64,000 bases of DNA. Origin: Azolla caroliniana (Eukaryota; Plantae; Polypodiophyta). A model generated the notes under the pieces. It was not told the origin of the DNA, searched no databases, and saw only the letters and a list, made by a program, of their open reading frames with translations. Positions 14,400 through 26,855 of this stretch are shown piece after piece (the first letter of the stretch is position 1; the number at the start of each line of letters is the position of its first letter). The position numbers and the translations under genes were made by a program. The stretch covers positions 14,818,001 to 14,882,000 of the forward strand of contig JBHGNT010000020.1 in the NCBI GenBank assembly GCA_043228905.1, read 5' to 3'.

Positions 14400-15525
14400 G
14401 GGGTTGCACATTTGCAATCGCTCCCTCATAATTAAGAGATACATATAAGTCAAGATCTAGATCTCATCATCTGAAACTTGTAGAAATATTAAACTTCAAT
14501 ATTATATTTATTTAGAAACAATTAATAAATTACAAAGAGTTATTTATTAGAAAACTCTTTATGTAAAAAAAAACAACTCTGGGAAGTATCATCACCTTGC
14601 CCTGACGACTCTTTTGTATATAACCCTCTCTAATTGTACATTTGTAGCCTTCCGGCATTTTTCTTAATACTAATGAAGGAAATCTTTTGGGTGAAAAAAA
14701 AGAGACAACTCTCCATTGATGAGTTATATCCTTTTGAGCAATATCTCTACAAAACAAGCTATTTACCTATGTAACACATTACCAATGAATATAGAACAAT
14801 TGTATCTGTGTATCTCTCTAGCTATCATTCTTTATTTGTATAGTTATCAAATTCTACAAAACTACCCCGTAATTAAGAGATAAGTGACATTCTTCTTCCA
14901 CTAGATTTTCATCACATATCTTGCGTACTCTCATACTAGGGGTGATGTTTGCATGATGCTAACAAAACCTATGTAAGCTAGTTCAAAGAAGTATTAATTG
15001 TCTCTAAGAACCATTAAGGTTCATGGACATAGTAAGATGGGGTTGGATATGTTTGTGGATTTTAATTTGTATATTTCGGGGTCAACACTATGGGTTAGCA
15101 TTTCCATTCTAATCCTCCAATTTTGACATTTTAGCATTTTGCCAGTTCATCCTTAATGCCTCTTGTAATCCATCTTAGATGGACACATACTTTATGGCAT
15201 CACATTAGAGCTGCAATATATTTTTTAGGACACATCTTTCAAACTATTTTATAATGTCAAGCAACATGTATGTTCTATCCTATGCCCATATAGCCTATTT
15301 TATGGGAATGCATCATCCAACATATTCTTGATGTTTCTATCTCCAATTGTCTCCATAAGAATAATATTTCAATTTTTTCTATTTCATTCCATGCTCTAAG
15401 TGAGGTAGAGCCACCCAATATTTCTACTCCATAAAGCATTACTTCAACCACTCTAGTATTACATTGCCTAGATTGATTCTCAAACATACAATAACTATTC
15501 CAATGCCAGAAATGTAGCAGGACGT
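14400..15525 (-). mobile_element. Degenerate LINE 3' remnant (post-RT region and Cys/His-like tail)
   Basis: VMLYGVEILGG...WNEIEKI..FL resembles the LINE RT C-terminal LLYGxEVWG region; CDENLVEEECHL near 14890-14920; boundaries approximate. Confidence 0.6.
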
Positions 15526-17398
15526 GCATCAATTCGTAACAACATGTGAGAGCTGTTAGATGCATTCCATGGTTGAACATCGGGACGAGCTGCAGCCGAC
15601 CTACCCGCCAACCATCCACTTCAAATGGATGGAGGATTTAGTGACAATGCTAATGGGAGTAGGGCAGATGAGGTGCCTGATGCTTGCGTGAGAGGACCTG
15701 ACGAATCAAGTGGAGGGTCATGCGTTGCAGAACAAGACGACGACGGCCATGTGCCGGTTCCTAATCGAGGAGGTGATATGCCGGTATGGGTGCGTAGGGA
15801 AGATCGTGGCCGACCGGGGAGAGCTAGATGCGCAAGAGGCGAAAGAGTTGTTCGGCCGGTTGGGGGTCAAGCTTTCCCTCACTACGGCATACAATCCGGA
15901 GACAAATGGGAAGGTAGAGTGCCGGCACGGGCCGATTATGAAGGCATTGGTGAGGGTTTGCGAAGGACAAGTCGGGAATTGGCCGCGGTTCCTACCTTAC
16001 GCGTTGTGGGTGGACCGAACTACGCATACATCGATAACCGGGTTCATGCTGGCCGAGCTGATGTACGGCCAAAAGCCAGTCATGTCGATGGAGCAGACGA
16101 TCTCCTCATGGGCAGCAATGGGTTGGAGAGACGAGATGAGCCGGGAAGAGCTATTGACGGCGCGGATTCGCCAGCTCGAGCGAAGACCGGAGGATGTGGA
16201 CCGGGCAAAGGAGAAGCTACAAGCAGCGAGGGTTAAGAATAAAGGCATGTTCGACGGGAAGCACCGGCTATGACCGAAGAAGATTGAGGAAGGCATCTGG
16301 ATGCTAGTTCAAGAGAGCAACCTCACAATCAACACAAGCCAACGCGTAAGTTCGCGCGGAGATGGTTTGGGCCCTATGTTGTAACGGGCGGAAACAACAA
16401 CGACACCTACCATCTCACGGAGCTTGACGGAACGCGGATAGCAATAACGGTGGTTGGGAAGAGGATCAACGTGTTCAAGAAGCAGCACGAGGAGGAGCCG
16501 GACCCGAGGGCTCGAATGACGGTGATGATCGGGCCAGTGCGGACGATGATTCTGAGAGCGACGGTTGACCACGGGCTGGGTTTTCTCCCGGTATTTGTCT
16601 CGTTTTTGAGCATGTCAATGGATGCACGGTTTGGTGGGGGTGGATGTCGTGGAGATAACCGCCCATAGGAGGAAATGGGAGTCCTAGCGCATGAACGAGT
16701 CTTACACGGATACGCACCAATTAAAGTTAATGTACCTTATTTAAGAATAGGTCGGCGTGATGTAAATATAAACATATTAATAGGTTAGCAAATCAAGGCG
16801 TATCTCTGTCCAAAGGGATAGAGAATAAAAGCGATGTGACTAGGATGTAACGGCCCACCTTCAGCGGCCTATAAAAGGAGAGAAGAGAGACTGAGAAGGG
16901 GATCGCGTTTTTGGAAGGAGGAAGTGTTGTCAGACTGGGACCGAGCACTATTCTTTCTGTTGTGATCACTGCAGGATTCCTCGTTGGTTGCCTCTCCTCG
17001 CGAGGAGAGCCCGCGTGCTTTTGGCAGAGGCACCACTGTCTATCTCGGTTCTGGTGTGCATGTGTGTGTGTTTGGTCGGTCCCCGGCATGCCGGTTGTAA
17101 TCTTAGAAATATTGTAATCGCTTAGTAGTCGTAATCGATTTGTCTTGAGTAGTGGTCTTCTTGTCTAATTGTGGCCTTCCCTAATTTTTGTTGTTGTCTT
17201 TGTTATCGATCAAGTGCGCTTCTCCGTCTATCCTTCGCCTGTAGTTGTATTCTCGTCAGGGTCGGTGAGCGTTGTGCTTGCCGGAAACCAATACTTGCCG
17301 ACCCATCATTTCCATTCTCTTCTCTCTCTATTTCATACACTCCTTGGTTCAGGGCCCCCGCGGTCCTGGCTTAGTTTCACACACGCAATTACACGACA
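15526..17398 (+). mobile_element. Non-chromovirus gypsy 3' fragment (integrase, PPT, 3' LTR 16645-17398)
   Basis: ORF 15710-16273 (RYGCVGKIVADRGE, AYNPETNGKVE); WFGPYVV GPY/F motif; PPT GGTGGGGGTGGA; LTR TIR TGTCGTG/CACGACA. Confidence 0.9.
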
Positions 17399-17528
17399 CC
17401 ATACTTAATCGCATTGTAGGATCGTGTTCACCTAGCACCACCATCCTTCTCTTCGGTCTCACGTCTGCTCTCAGGTTGGACTGCCGAAATCTCCGGATCG
17501 GTGTGAGGGAAGGGAGAAGAACAGTGCC

Positions 17529-17845
17529 GATGAGGAGTACCCGGCTATGGAGAGCCGGATGGTGCAGACCCGGTGAAGACCGGATGAGGAGTACCCGGCT
17601 ACAGAGAGCCGGATGGTACAGACCCGGTGAGAACCGGATGAGTACCCGGCTACGGAGAGCCGAATGGTGCAGACCCGGTGAAGACCGGATGAGGAGTACC
17701 AGGCTACGGAGAGCCGGATGGTACAGACCCAGTGAGAACCGGATGAAGAGTACCCGGCTACGGAGAGCCGGATGGTGCAGACCCGGTAAGAACCGGATGA
17801 GGAGTACCCGGCTACGGAGAGCCGGATGGTGCAAACCCGGTGAGA
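17529..17845 (+). repeat. U3 tandem array, ~6 x 54 bp, CCGG-rich
   Basis: Unit ccggatgaggagtacccggctacggagagccggatggtRcagacccggtgaRRa, with alternating variants. Confidence 0.95.
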
Positions 17846-18337
17846 AGTGCTCACCGGATGAAGAGACATATTCATAAATATGTTTCTGAGAGTCCATCAT
17901 GGCTATATTTGTAAATAGCCGAAAAGTCATATTAGTATAAATATGAGTTAGGGCAAACTTTTAGTTACTGTTGTTGTCATTTCTTGTTGGTGCAAGGAGA
18001 GAGAGAGCGCGTAACTGTGTACAGAGAGAGAGAGAGAAAGAGATCGTTGCCTCTGTTGTAACCGCCGCCTGTGGCGAGGATCGTGAGCACGAGGTCGTTG
18101 CCTCCGTGAACTCACTGTTGTACATTCTAACATAGTGATAATTTGCAGCCTATGGGCTGCCGTGGTTTTTCCCATTAGTTTGGGTTTTCCACGTAAACAT
18201 CCACCGTACTCGTCTCTTGTTCGTGTCGTTCATTATTTCCCGTTTTCTGTGTGTGATTCTAAGCTCGGTTGTGGCCGAGCGTTGCGTATGAGCCTTGAGT
18301 TCCCGTCAAGTGGTATCAGAGCGAAACGACACAGAAT

Positions 18338-21300
18338 ATGGACGAATCGTTTGGCGGCATGTTCATGCTCACCGGCTCCAACTATTCTATGTGGAAGTCG
18401 AAGATGAGGGACATGCTCGTGGTTAAAGATCTTTGGTTACCGGTTCAGTTCGGGGACAAGAGACCGGACAAGATCGACGCCACAATATGGGAGGTGATGC
18501 ACATGAAGACAACGGCGTACATACGGTGCTTCATCGACATGAGCCTGTACAACAACTTCAATGAAGAGAGCAAGGCTCATGAGCTCTGGGAGAAGATCGG
18601 CATAATGTTTCAAAACAAAAATGTTGTTAATCAGGTTTCGGTATTCCGGAAGCTAGTAAGACTCCGGTACCAAGATGACTCTAGCATGGCGGAGCACATG
18701 AATGCCTTCCAGGGGCTGATCCACCAAGCAACTTCATTGGAAGTACCTCTCGGCGATGAGGTACTAGCGTTACTCCTGCTCGGTTCCCTCCCGGATAGCT
18801 GGGAGACGTTGGTTGTCACTTTGAGCAACGCCGGGCTGGAAGGAAAGCGGTTATCCCTAGCAAGAGTAAAGTCAAGCTTGCTAGATGAGGAGGCGCGTCG
18901 GAAACATAAAGATACGAGCTCCGACTCCAAAGCGCTCCTTACCGAATCGGAACGCGGAAGACAAAGAAACCGTAGTCCCCAGAACCGGGAGAAGTCGGGG
19001 ACATGGTCAAAGTCAAGGGGAAGGCCTACTTGCTTCTATTGTGGCAAGCTGAGACACTTCCAAAAGAACTGTCGGCATTTCCGAAAAGACAAGGAAACTG
19101 ACAGTACCGATTCGAAGCAGATGCCGGACCGGAACGGTAAAGACCGGAGGGGGCCGGACCGGAAGGGGACGACGGCAATCGCGGCAAGTGAAGAAAAGTT
19201 GATGCTCATCACCAAGGAGAGTGAGATAAAACTTTCCGGCGACGAGATGACCTGGGTGGTCAACTCCGGAGCGTTCTTCCACCTTACCCCGGATCGGAAA
19301 TGCTTCTCATCCTACTCAGCCGGTGATTACGGCTGTGTCCGGATGGGGAATGAAGGAACATGCCGAATTGTCGGCATAGGAGACGTGTGGCTGACAACAC
19401 CAACCGGATGCAAGTTGTTGTTGAAGGATGTTCGACACGTTCCGGAGGTTCGTCTGAACCTGATATCAGCCGGTCGGCTAGATGATGAAGGCTACACGGG
19501 AAGCATCCGGAATGGTGTAATGAAGTTCAGCAAAGGGAACCTGATTGTGGCTCGGGCCCGGAAGGTAAACACGTTGTACCTGATGAATGCCTGGTTATGT
19601 CCGGAGGAAGTGAACGTGGCATCCGACACTGCCGGTGAGTTGTGGCACAAGAGGTTGTGACACATGAGCGAGAAGGGGATGAAGAGGCTTGCAGAAGACA
19701 ACCTAATTCCAGTGAAGAACGCGCACTTGGAGAAGTGCAGTGATTGTTTGGCCGGTAAGCAAAACCGGACCTCCTTCCGACCGAGGCCACCGATGAGACG
19801 TAATGCACCACTGGAGTTGGTGCATACGGATGTGTGTCAAGTAGACACGAAGTCACATGCCGGAGCGCAGTACTTCGTGACGTTCATAGATGACCACAGC
19901 CGGAAGCTGTGGGCCACACCATTGAAGACGAAGGATCAGGTGCTATCCGTCTTCAAAGAGCTCCACGCGAGAGTGGAAAGAGAAACCCGCCGGAAGCTGA
20001 AGGCGGTTCGAGCAGATAACGGAGGAGAATACCGGGGGCAGTTCGAGGAGTACTGCCGCTCGAAGGGAATCCGGCTCGAATTTACCGTGCTGAAGACGCC
20101 GGAACTAAACGGACTGGCCGAGAGGATGAACCGGACCATAATGGAGAGGTTCCGGAGTATGCTAGCGCATGCAAAACTAGCCAAGAATTTTTGGGCTGAG
20201 GCATTGTCGACGGCGACATATGTGATAAATAGATCACCCTCAGTACCCTTGGACGGAGACACGCCACAGAGAGTATGGACCGGTAAGGAAGTATCCTACT
20301 GGCATCTGAAGCTATTCGGGTGTCTCGCGTACGTGCATGTAGCTAAGGACCGAAGAGGAAAGTTAGATCCAAAGACCCAGCCATGCATATTCCTCGGTTA
20401 CGGTGATGATGAGTTCGGCTACCGAGTGTGGGACCTGGTCGACAAGAAGGTATTCCGGAGTCGAGATATTATCTTCATGGAGGACAAGACGCTCGCCGAC
20501 TGGGAGTCGGAGAAGAAGATAATGAACTCCGAGTCGACCGGTAAGGATAGATTCTACGATGAGCAGACCCAACCGGCAAGAGACCGGTTAGCACTCGAGG
20601 AACCAGCCGGTTACGGTGAGGATATTGAACCGGCAGAAGAAGAAGTAGAGGAAGCTGAGACAGGAACCGGCCAAGACCCCGAATCGGATTCGGATGAAGA
20701 GCAAATGGAGGAGCCGGCTACCGAAGCCCAAAGACGGAGATATCCTCTCAGAGAGAGAAGGGCCCCCCGGAGATTTTCGGATGTAGAGCATGTTTTGCTG
20801 ATCGATGAGGGGGAACCGGAAAGCTTCGAAGAAGCGAAGGATGAAACCCACAGCCGCAAATGGTTAAGTGCCATGCAGGATGAGATGGATTCCCTGCATG
20901 AGAACAATACGTACGAATTGGTGGAATTGCCGAAAGGAAAGCGGGCACTCCGAAACAAGTGGGTGTACAAGTTGAAATTGGGAGATGCCGGCAACCCCCC
21001 GAGATACAAAGCCAGGATCGTGGTGAAGGGGTTCCAGCAGAAAAAGGGCGTGGACTTTGACGAGATATTTGCCCCGGTAGTAAAGATGACCTCCATCGGG
21101 ACGGTGCTGAGTATAGCGGCAAGCATGGACCTCGAGGTAGAGCAGCTGGACGTGAAGACGACATTCCTTCATGGCGACCTCGAAGAGGAGATCTACATGC
21201 AGCAACCAGAGGGATTTGTGGAGAAAGGGAAGGAGCACCTGGTATGCCGGTTGAAGAAGAGCTTGTACGGACTAAAGCAGGCTCCCTGACAATGGTACCG

Positions 21301-22383
21301 GAAGTTCGATTCCTTCATGACCGATCAAGGGTACCACAAGACGCACGCCGATCATTGCGTGTTTGTGAAGAAGTTCGAAGGAGGCGACTTCCTAATACTC
21401 CTTCTGTACGTGGATGACATGTTGATTGTCGAACGGGACCAAGTCAAAATACGGATGCTGAAGAAGGCCCTCAACTGGACCTTCTCAATGAAAGACTTGG
21501 GTCCGGCAAGACAGATGTTGGGCATGCATATTATCCGGAACCGGTCAAAGAAGCAATTATGGCTGTCACAGGAGAAGTACGTGACAAAGGTGCTTCACCG
21601 GTTCAACATGTCAGATGCGAAACCGGTCGGATCGACACTTCCGGCAAACTACAGGTTATCCGGTAAGCAAAGCCCGAAGACGAAAGCAGAGAAGGCGGAT
21701 ATGATGAAGATTCCATATGCCTCTGCCGTCGGGAGCTTGATGTACGCAATGGTGTGTACCCGACCGGATATAGGATACGCAGTCGGAGTGGTGAGCCGGT
21801 TTCTGAGCAATCCCGGCAAGGAGCACTGGAACGCGGTCAAATGGATACTCCGTTATTTGAAGGGCACTTCAAATATGTGTCTCCGATTCGGCTACGGAAA
21901 ACCTCAACTTGACGGTTCACCGATTCGGACATGTCGGCTGATGTGGATACCAGCCGGTCTACATCCGGGTATGTAAGGACATATGCAGGGGGAGCTGTTT
22001 TGTGGCAGTTGAGGCTGCAGAAGACGGTTGCGTTGTCAACCACGGAAGCGGAGTACATGGCGGCTGTGGAAGCCGGCAAGGAAATCTTATGGATGAAGGA
22101 CTTCATCGGAGAGCTCGGTATCAGGCAAGATGAATATCGGCTCTATTGCGACAGTCAAAGTGCCATCCATCTTGCTAAGAATGCGACCTACCATTCCCGG
22201 ACGAAGCATATCCAGCGAAGATATCACTGGATCCGGGAAAGAGTGGATAACCAGGAGTTCGCACTGACGAAGATCCACACGGCCGAGAACGGTTCAGATA
22301 TGCTGACCAAAGTTCTGATACCCGACAAGCTGGATGCATGCCGGAAGAGGATCAGACTAGTAAGACACCCCATGCCGGAGTGA
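18338..22383 (+). pseudogene. Copia gag-pol polyprotein, broken by stops (19660, 21289) and a frameshift near 21910
   Basis: CFYCGK..H..NC knuckle, (D/N)SGA protease, LVHTD..DNGGEY..PELNGLAER integrase, YVDD RT, DMLTK RNase H. Confidence 0.95.
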
Positions 22384-22439
22384 AGGGGGAGTTTGTTGGG
22401 AGACAGGTCCCTCCGGATGGGAAGGGAGAAGAACAGTGC

Positions 22440-22760
22440 CGATGAGGAGTACCCGACTACGGAAAGCCGGATGGTGCAGACCCGGTGAAGACCGGATGAG
22501 GAGTACCCGGCTACGGAGAGCCGGATGGTACAGACCCGGTGAGAACCGGATGAGGAGTACCCGGCTACGGAGAGCCAAATGGTGCAGACCCGGTGAAGAC
22601 CGGATGAGGAGTACCCAACTACGGAGAGCCGGATGGTACAGACCCGGTGAGAACCGGATGAAGAGTACCCGGCTACGAAGAGCCTGATGGTGCAGACCCG
22701 GTGAGAGCTAGATGAGGAGTACCCGGCTACGGAGAGCCGGATGGTGCAAACCCGGTGAGA
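22440..22760 (+). repeat. U3 tandem array in the 3' LTR, ~6 x 54 bp
   Basis: Same unit as 17529-17845. Confidence 0.95.
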
Positions 22761-22934
22761 AGTGCTCACCGGATGAAGAGACATATTCGTAAATATGTTT
22801 CTGAGAGTCCATCATGGCTATATTTGTAAATAGCCGAAAAGTCATATTAGTAGAAATATGAGTTAGGGCAAATTTTTAGTTAATGTTGTTGTCATTTCTT
22901 GTTGGTGCAAGGAGAGAGAGAGCGCGTAACTGTG

Positions 22935-22936
<2 letters not shown>

Positions 22937-22994
<58 letters not shown>
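22937..22994 (+). repeat. (GA)n microsatellite, expanded relative to the 5' LTR
   Basis: Long GA run versus a short run near 18022. Confidence 0.9.
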
Positions 22995-22999
<5 letters not shown>

Positions 23000-23268
23000 G
23001 TCGTTGCCTCTGTTGTAACCGCCGCTTGTGGCGAGGATCGTGAGCACAAGGTCGTTGCCTCTGTGAACTCACTGTTGTACATTCTAACATAGTGATAGTT
23101 TGCAGCCTGTGGGCTGCCGTGGTTTTTCCCCTTAGTTTGGGTTTTCCACGTAAACATCTTGCATACTCGTCTCTTCTTCGTGTCGTTCATTATTTCCCGT
23201 TTTCTGTGTGTGATTCTAAGCTCGGTTGTGGCCGAGCGTTGCGTATAAGGAGCCTTGAGTTCCCGTCA

Positions 23269-24851
23269 GGGCTTGCTTCTCCATTGTCCAGAGTTTCAAC
23301 TTTGGTGCCAAAACCACCGAACTCATTCTAAACCTTCGATCATCTTCTTCCCGAATTCTGACCTTTGCCTTTGTTGGTCTTTCTCCCCATGTAAAAGAGG
23401 GCGGCTCATCCCACACTCTCTTCCTCGTCTGGTGCCATCGTACCTCAATTGGCCTCTGCCTCAGCCACGTCTGTCCTTTCTGCATGTTGTGATGTCGTGC
23501 CATCGCACGCAACTTCCGTTTTTCTTTACCGGGTGGCCACGCTCTGTGAGCTCCTTGGAGCTCCCATTCGTTATACCAGACGGTTGAGCCTTCGGTGCGA
23601 CTCGTAGGACTCTGTCCCCGTTGGAACGGTCGACTTCTTCGACCTCGCCCATCTTGATGCGCCACCTCTCACCTCTTCTTCTCGAAGTCTTCGTCTTCCA
23701 ACTCCTTCCTCCCTTGCTACCCTTCACGTCGGGTTCGCCAAAGATGTCACGGAATCCCATGCTTTAATGTCGGATCTGGGCGGGACCACCAGGGTCTTGG
23801 ATCAGGAGGAGAGAAGCTTCTGAAAGAATGAATCCTTCGGAGCCGGTTGGTTGTCGGACGGATCGGTTCCGGATGACGTCCAGTTATGACCTATCCGGAC
23901 TAATCTAGATACACTCTAGAAACGAACAGGAGTCTTAAAAGAATAGTGCGCACGAGCGCATCTCCACACGACCCTCCTAGCCATGTATACAAGGGTCTCA
24001 CAAGAAGCACAGGCCACAGCTGGTTAACCGCGCCTATGCACACGCACACACACACACACATATATATATAGCTCGGTTATGACCGGCACCTCTAAACTGA
24101 CTCGCTACACGCACCCACTCTGAGACACCTAAACACCTATGCTTCCTCCCGGGACACACGCACTGGCATACATGCGCAGCGTTCGACACAACGTTGGCTC
24201 CACACAGTCCATAGCAACAACCTCTCGTCGCCAAGCCGTCAATCAGGAGCACACGGGCTCTTCACACGAGTGGGGTCTTGCACGACGGAGAGGAGACCTC
24301 AACACAGACTCTTCGAGCACATGGGCTTGACTTGAGCAACGACACCGTGGGACAACAATGAGACACACACACACACACACAGATGGAGGGTGGGGAAATA
24401 AACAAACAGAGAGGAAGGAAAGAGTGAAGACAACCCGCACACTGTCTACCACAACGAACGCACGCACCGAGCACACACAGTAGACAAAACCCTAACAAGG
24501 AAAGGAAATAGAAACATAGTAACAAAGAACAAATAGAAATAGACTACATGTGTTGACAAGGAACAAAACGGTTGGGACCTAACAAATGGGAACCTATGGA
24601 ACCTCAAAATGAGGAACCCCTTTACAAGGGACCCTCCCTGCCTTTTATAGCACAAGGAGGGAGGTGCGTAACAATGTGGGATAAATCCCGTATTACATGG
24701 GATTCTCTATCCCAACTTAAATCCTATTTGGCGCCATAAAGGCACCCCCATTATCTTACATACTTTTACAAGGGTGAGTGCTCACGCTGCACCCCCGCCG
24801 ATATTCCTAATAGCCCCGGTTTTCTCATTATGGCCGTGAATCTTTACGACA
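23269..24851 (-). mobile_element. LTR retrotransposon 5' end (probably gypsy): LTR 23745-24851, tRNA-Trp PBS, start of internal region; probably continues at 17399-17506
   Basis: TGTC/GACA termini, minus-strand TATAAAA near 24645, PBS 4 nt after the LTR. Confidence 0.7.
23723..23740 (-). promoter_or_regulatory. Primer binding site complementary to tRNA-Trp 3' end
   Basis: Plus strand TTCACGTCGGGTTCGCCA versus plant tRNA-Trp 3' end as recalled, TTCACGTCGGGTTCACCA (1 mismatch). Confidence 0.75.
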
Positions 24852-26697
24852 ACGTAAAGGCTCAATACAGATGAATTACGACACAGTAAAGGAATGGATA
24901 ACATCGGCAGCATAGCATATGTGCATGTGTCGGATGAGAAGCGGAGGAAGCTGGATGCAAAATCGGAGAAGTGCATCCTCGTCGGCTACTCACATGAGCA
25001 AAAGGGGTGTAAGTGTTATAACCCCCGGACGAAGCAGGTCCGAGTTAGTCGTGATGTCGAGTTCGATGAAACGGCATCATGGTACTCCTTACCTCGACCT
25101 GTTGCCGGAGGATGAGGCCAGTGAGCCTGAACTGGCCCAGCTAGAGGATGATGAATCCAGAACTCAAGAAGAGAGTCCGGAATCGTTTCGGTTGAGTGGG
25201 CCGAACGAGAGACTGGGTCAATCCAACCAGTCAAATGAGGAACCGATGAGTAGTGAAGACTCTACCGTGCTCTCCCCGCGCAAGGAACCGAGGAGACGGT
25301 TCACGTGCAAAGAGAAAGGGAAGAAGAAGATGCCGGATTATGAAACCCGTAATGATGAGTCAGATCGGAGTAGATCCGACTCCGGAAAGGAAAATGACGG
25401 TTCTTCGGCAACGAAGACCGAACCGGCCAAGAAGGGCCTGAAACCGGGTAACGATGAGGTACACCAGTCAACCCGCCAAAAGGAACCTGTTAAGCGGTAC
25501 AGGTACAATGAGTACATGGTGCATCACTATGTGTACATGACCAAGGTGGCGGGTTGACTGGCGCAAAAGACGCAAATTCGCGTGCCGCTATGGAGGAAGA
25601 AATGCAGGCACTTGATGCCAACGAGACATGGAACCTGGTTGACCCTACCCGATAGTGTAAACCGATCGGATGTGTAGAAAGTAGTGTGCGGAAGCAAGTA
25701 TGAAGACCGAACAGAAGGAGGGAAACTCAGGTTTAATGGAGAGCTTGAGCTTACACGGTATGCGTAGGAGAGACACAGAGAGAGAGAGAGATAAAACACA
25801 AAAAACTATGTTTAACACTCTATTCACTACTCTATACATATGTGTGTTCCGTGAACACTTTTATACAAGTCCTCGAAGGACTGACCGAAGTACTGACCGT
25901 ACTTCAATGCTCTTTAAGAGCTCCTACACTAACTCCCAAATATATTCCTCACGGAATATCTTTCCTAACGGCCTCCCGGTTTACGCACTCGGCCTAACCG
26001 ATCGGTCCCAACCGATCCGGTCCTCGGCTTCTTCAACCGATTCGGCCGATGTTGAGCTTGTCTCTCAACACTCCCCCTCAAGCTCAACTCGAGGCTCCTC
26101 GGGATCCCCGGGCTCACAGCTCCGGTTCCTCCTGGCTTCACGCCTCGCTCGTGCTCCTCGACCTGTTCGACTCCGCACGCTTCGACCCTTCCGGTCGGTT
26201 TGTCTGCTCATGTGGCCCTTATCAGCTCTTCTGCTCAACGTGTCTGAATCAAACATCCGAACCGACTCGGTTACCTCCGATCGGTTTTCGCTCTCGTCCG
26301 AGTTGGCTGTCTCCAACTCATCTTCGGTCTTCTCGCCCTCGATGGCGTCATCTCCCCCATGCGTGGTTGGCTTCAGCTTTCTCCTTCGACTGCTCCCCTT
26401 CTGTCCGCTTCCGAACTTTTCCGCGGGTTCGCCCTCGGCTTCTTCAGCCGATCTGAAGTCGAACTCGACAACCAACTCGGTGTCGCGGTCTCCGCTCCTT
26501 TCCTACTACCTTGCTTGGTTGTTCGGGACTGTCCTCCCCCTCAAGTTCGGCACGTCAAGGTGACGCAATCCGAGCGCACCTGAGAATTGCCGCAACTTGT
26601 CCAGAACAAGAGGCTTTGTGAAGATGTCGGCAGTCTGCCGATTCGTTGGCACGTACTAAAGTTCGACTTCACCGGAAAGGACACGCTCACTGTCATG

Positions 26698-26763
26698 AGA
26701 TGGCAAGACTCGAACCCATGACCTTATGGTATATGGGTCGAGCTCTTAACCATCTCACCATCT
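26698..26763 (-). promoter_or_regulatory. tRNA-like Pol III A-box/B-box module at the U3 end of the LTR (also in the other LTRs of this family)
   Basis: Minus strand TGGTGAGATGG-TTAAG ... GGTTCGAGTC, box starts 44 nt apart; AGATGG/CCATCT closing stem. Confidence 0.65.
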
Positions 26764-26835
26764 ATTGTAATTCATAGAATATTATTTTCATTTATGTTTT
26801 ATTATAAGAAAGTAATGTATATTCCAGATTTCTCT

Positions 26836-26855
26836 GGAACATTCTAGAAGCTTCA
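26836..26855 (+). promoter_or_regulatory. Perfect 4-unit heat shock element, upstream of TATA (26875-26880)
   Basis: gGAAcaTTCtaGAAgcTTCa. Confidence 0.7.

Larger units (their letters stand above)
17507..23268 (+). mobile_element. Ty1/copia family A, near full length
   Basis: 5' LTR 17507-18308 (first ~25 bp lost), 3' LTR 22394-23268, PBS(iMet) 18311-18322, PPT GAAGGGGGAG 22382-22391, gag-PR-INT-RT-RH order; no TSD found. Confidence 0.95.

Noticed and set aside
17470-17510. TCAGG as TSD of copia A
   Set aside because: The right-hand TCAGG overlaps the LTR's own terminal TCA; the 5' LTR start is deleted, so no TSD is recoverable
17272-17930. Repeat-protein ORFs (MRSTRLRRAGW...) and similar ORFs at 22224-22784, 53066-53446 and 51701-52315
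   Set aside because: By-products of tandem units whose length is a multiple of 3; open in several frames and strands
25700-26563. 287-aa antisense ORF from the copia B LTR across the tail (env-like or anti-silencing gene?)
   Set aside because: Ser/Arg low-complexity shadow of the sense tail, depends on GA-repeat phase, and not kept as one ORF in the 42569-48709 copy
26698-26763. Functional tRNA gene
   Set aside because: T-stem pairs poorly, no canonical 7-nt anticodon loop, no terminator; reported as tRNA-like only
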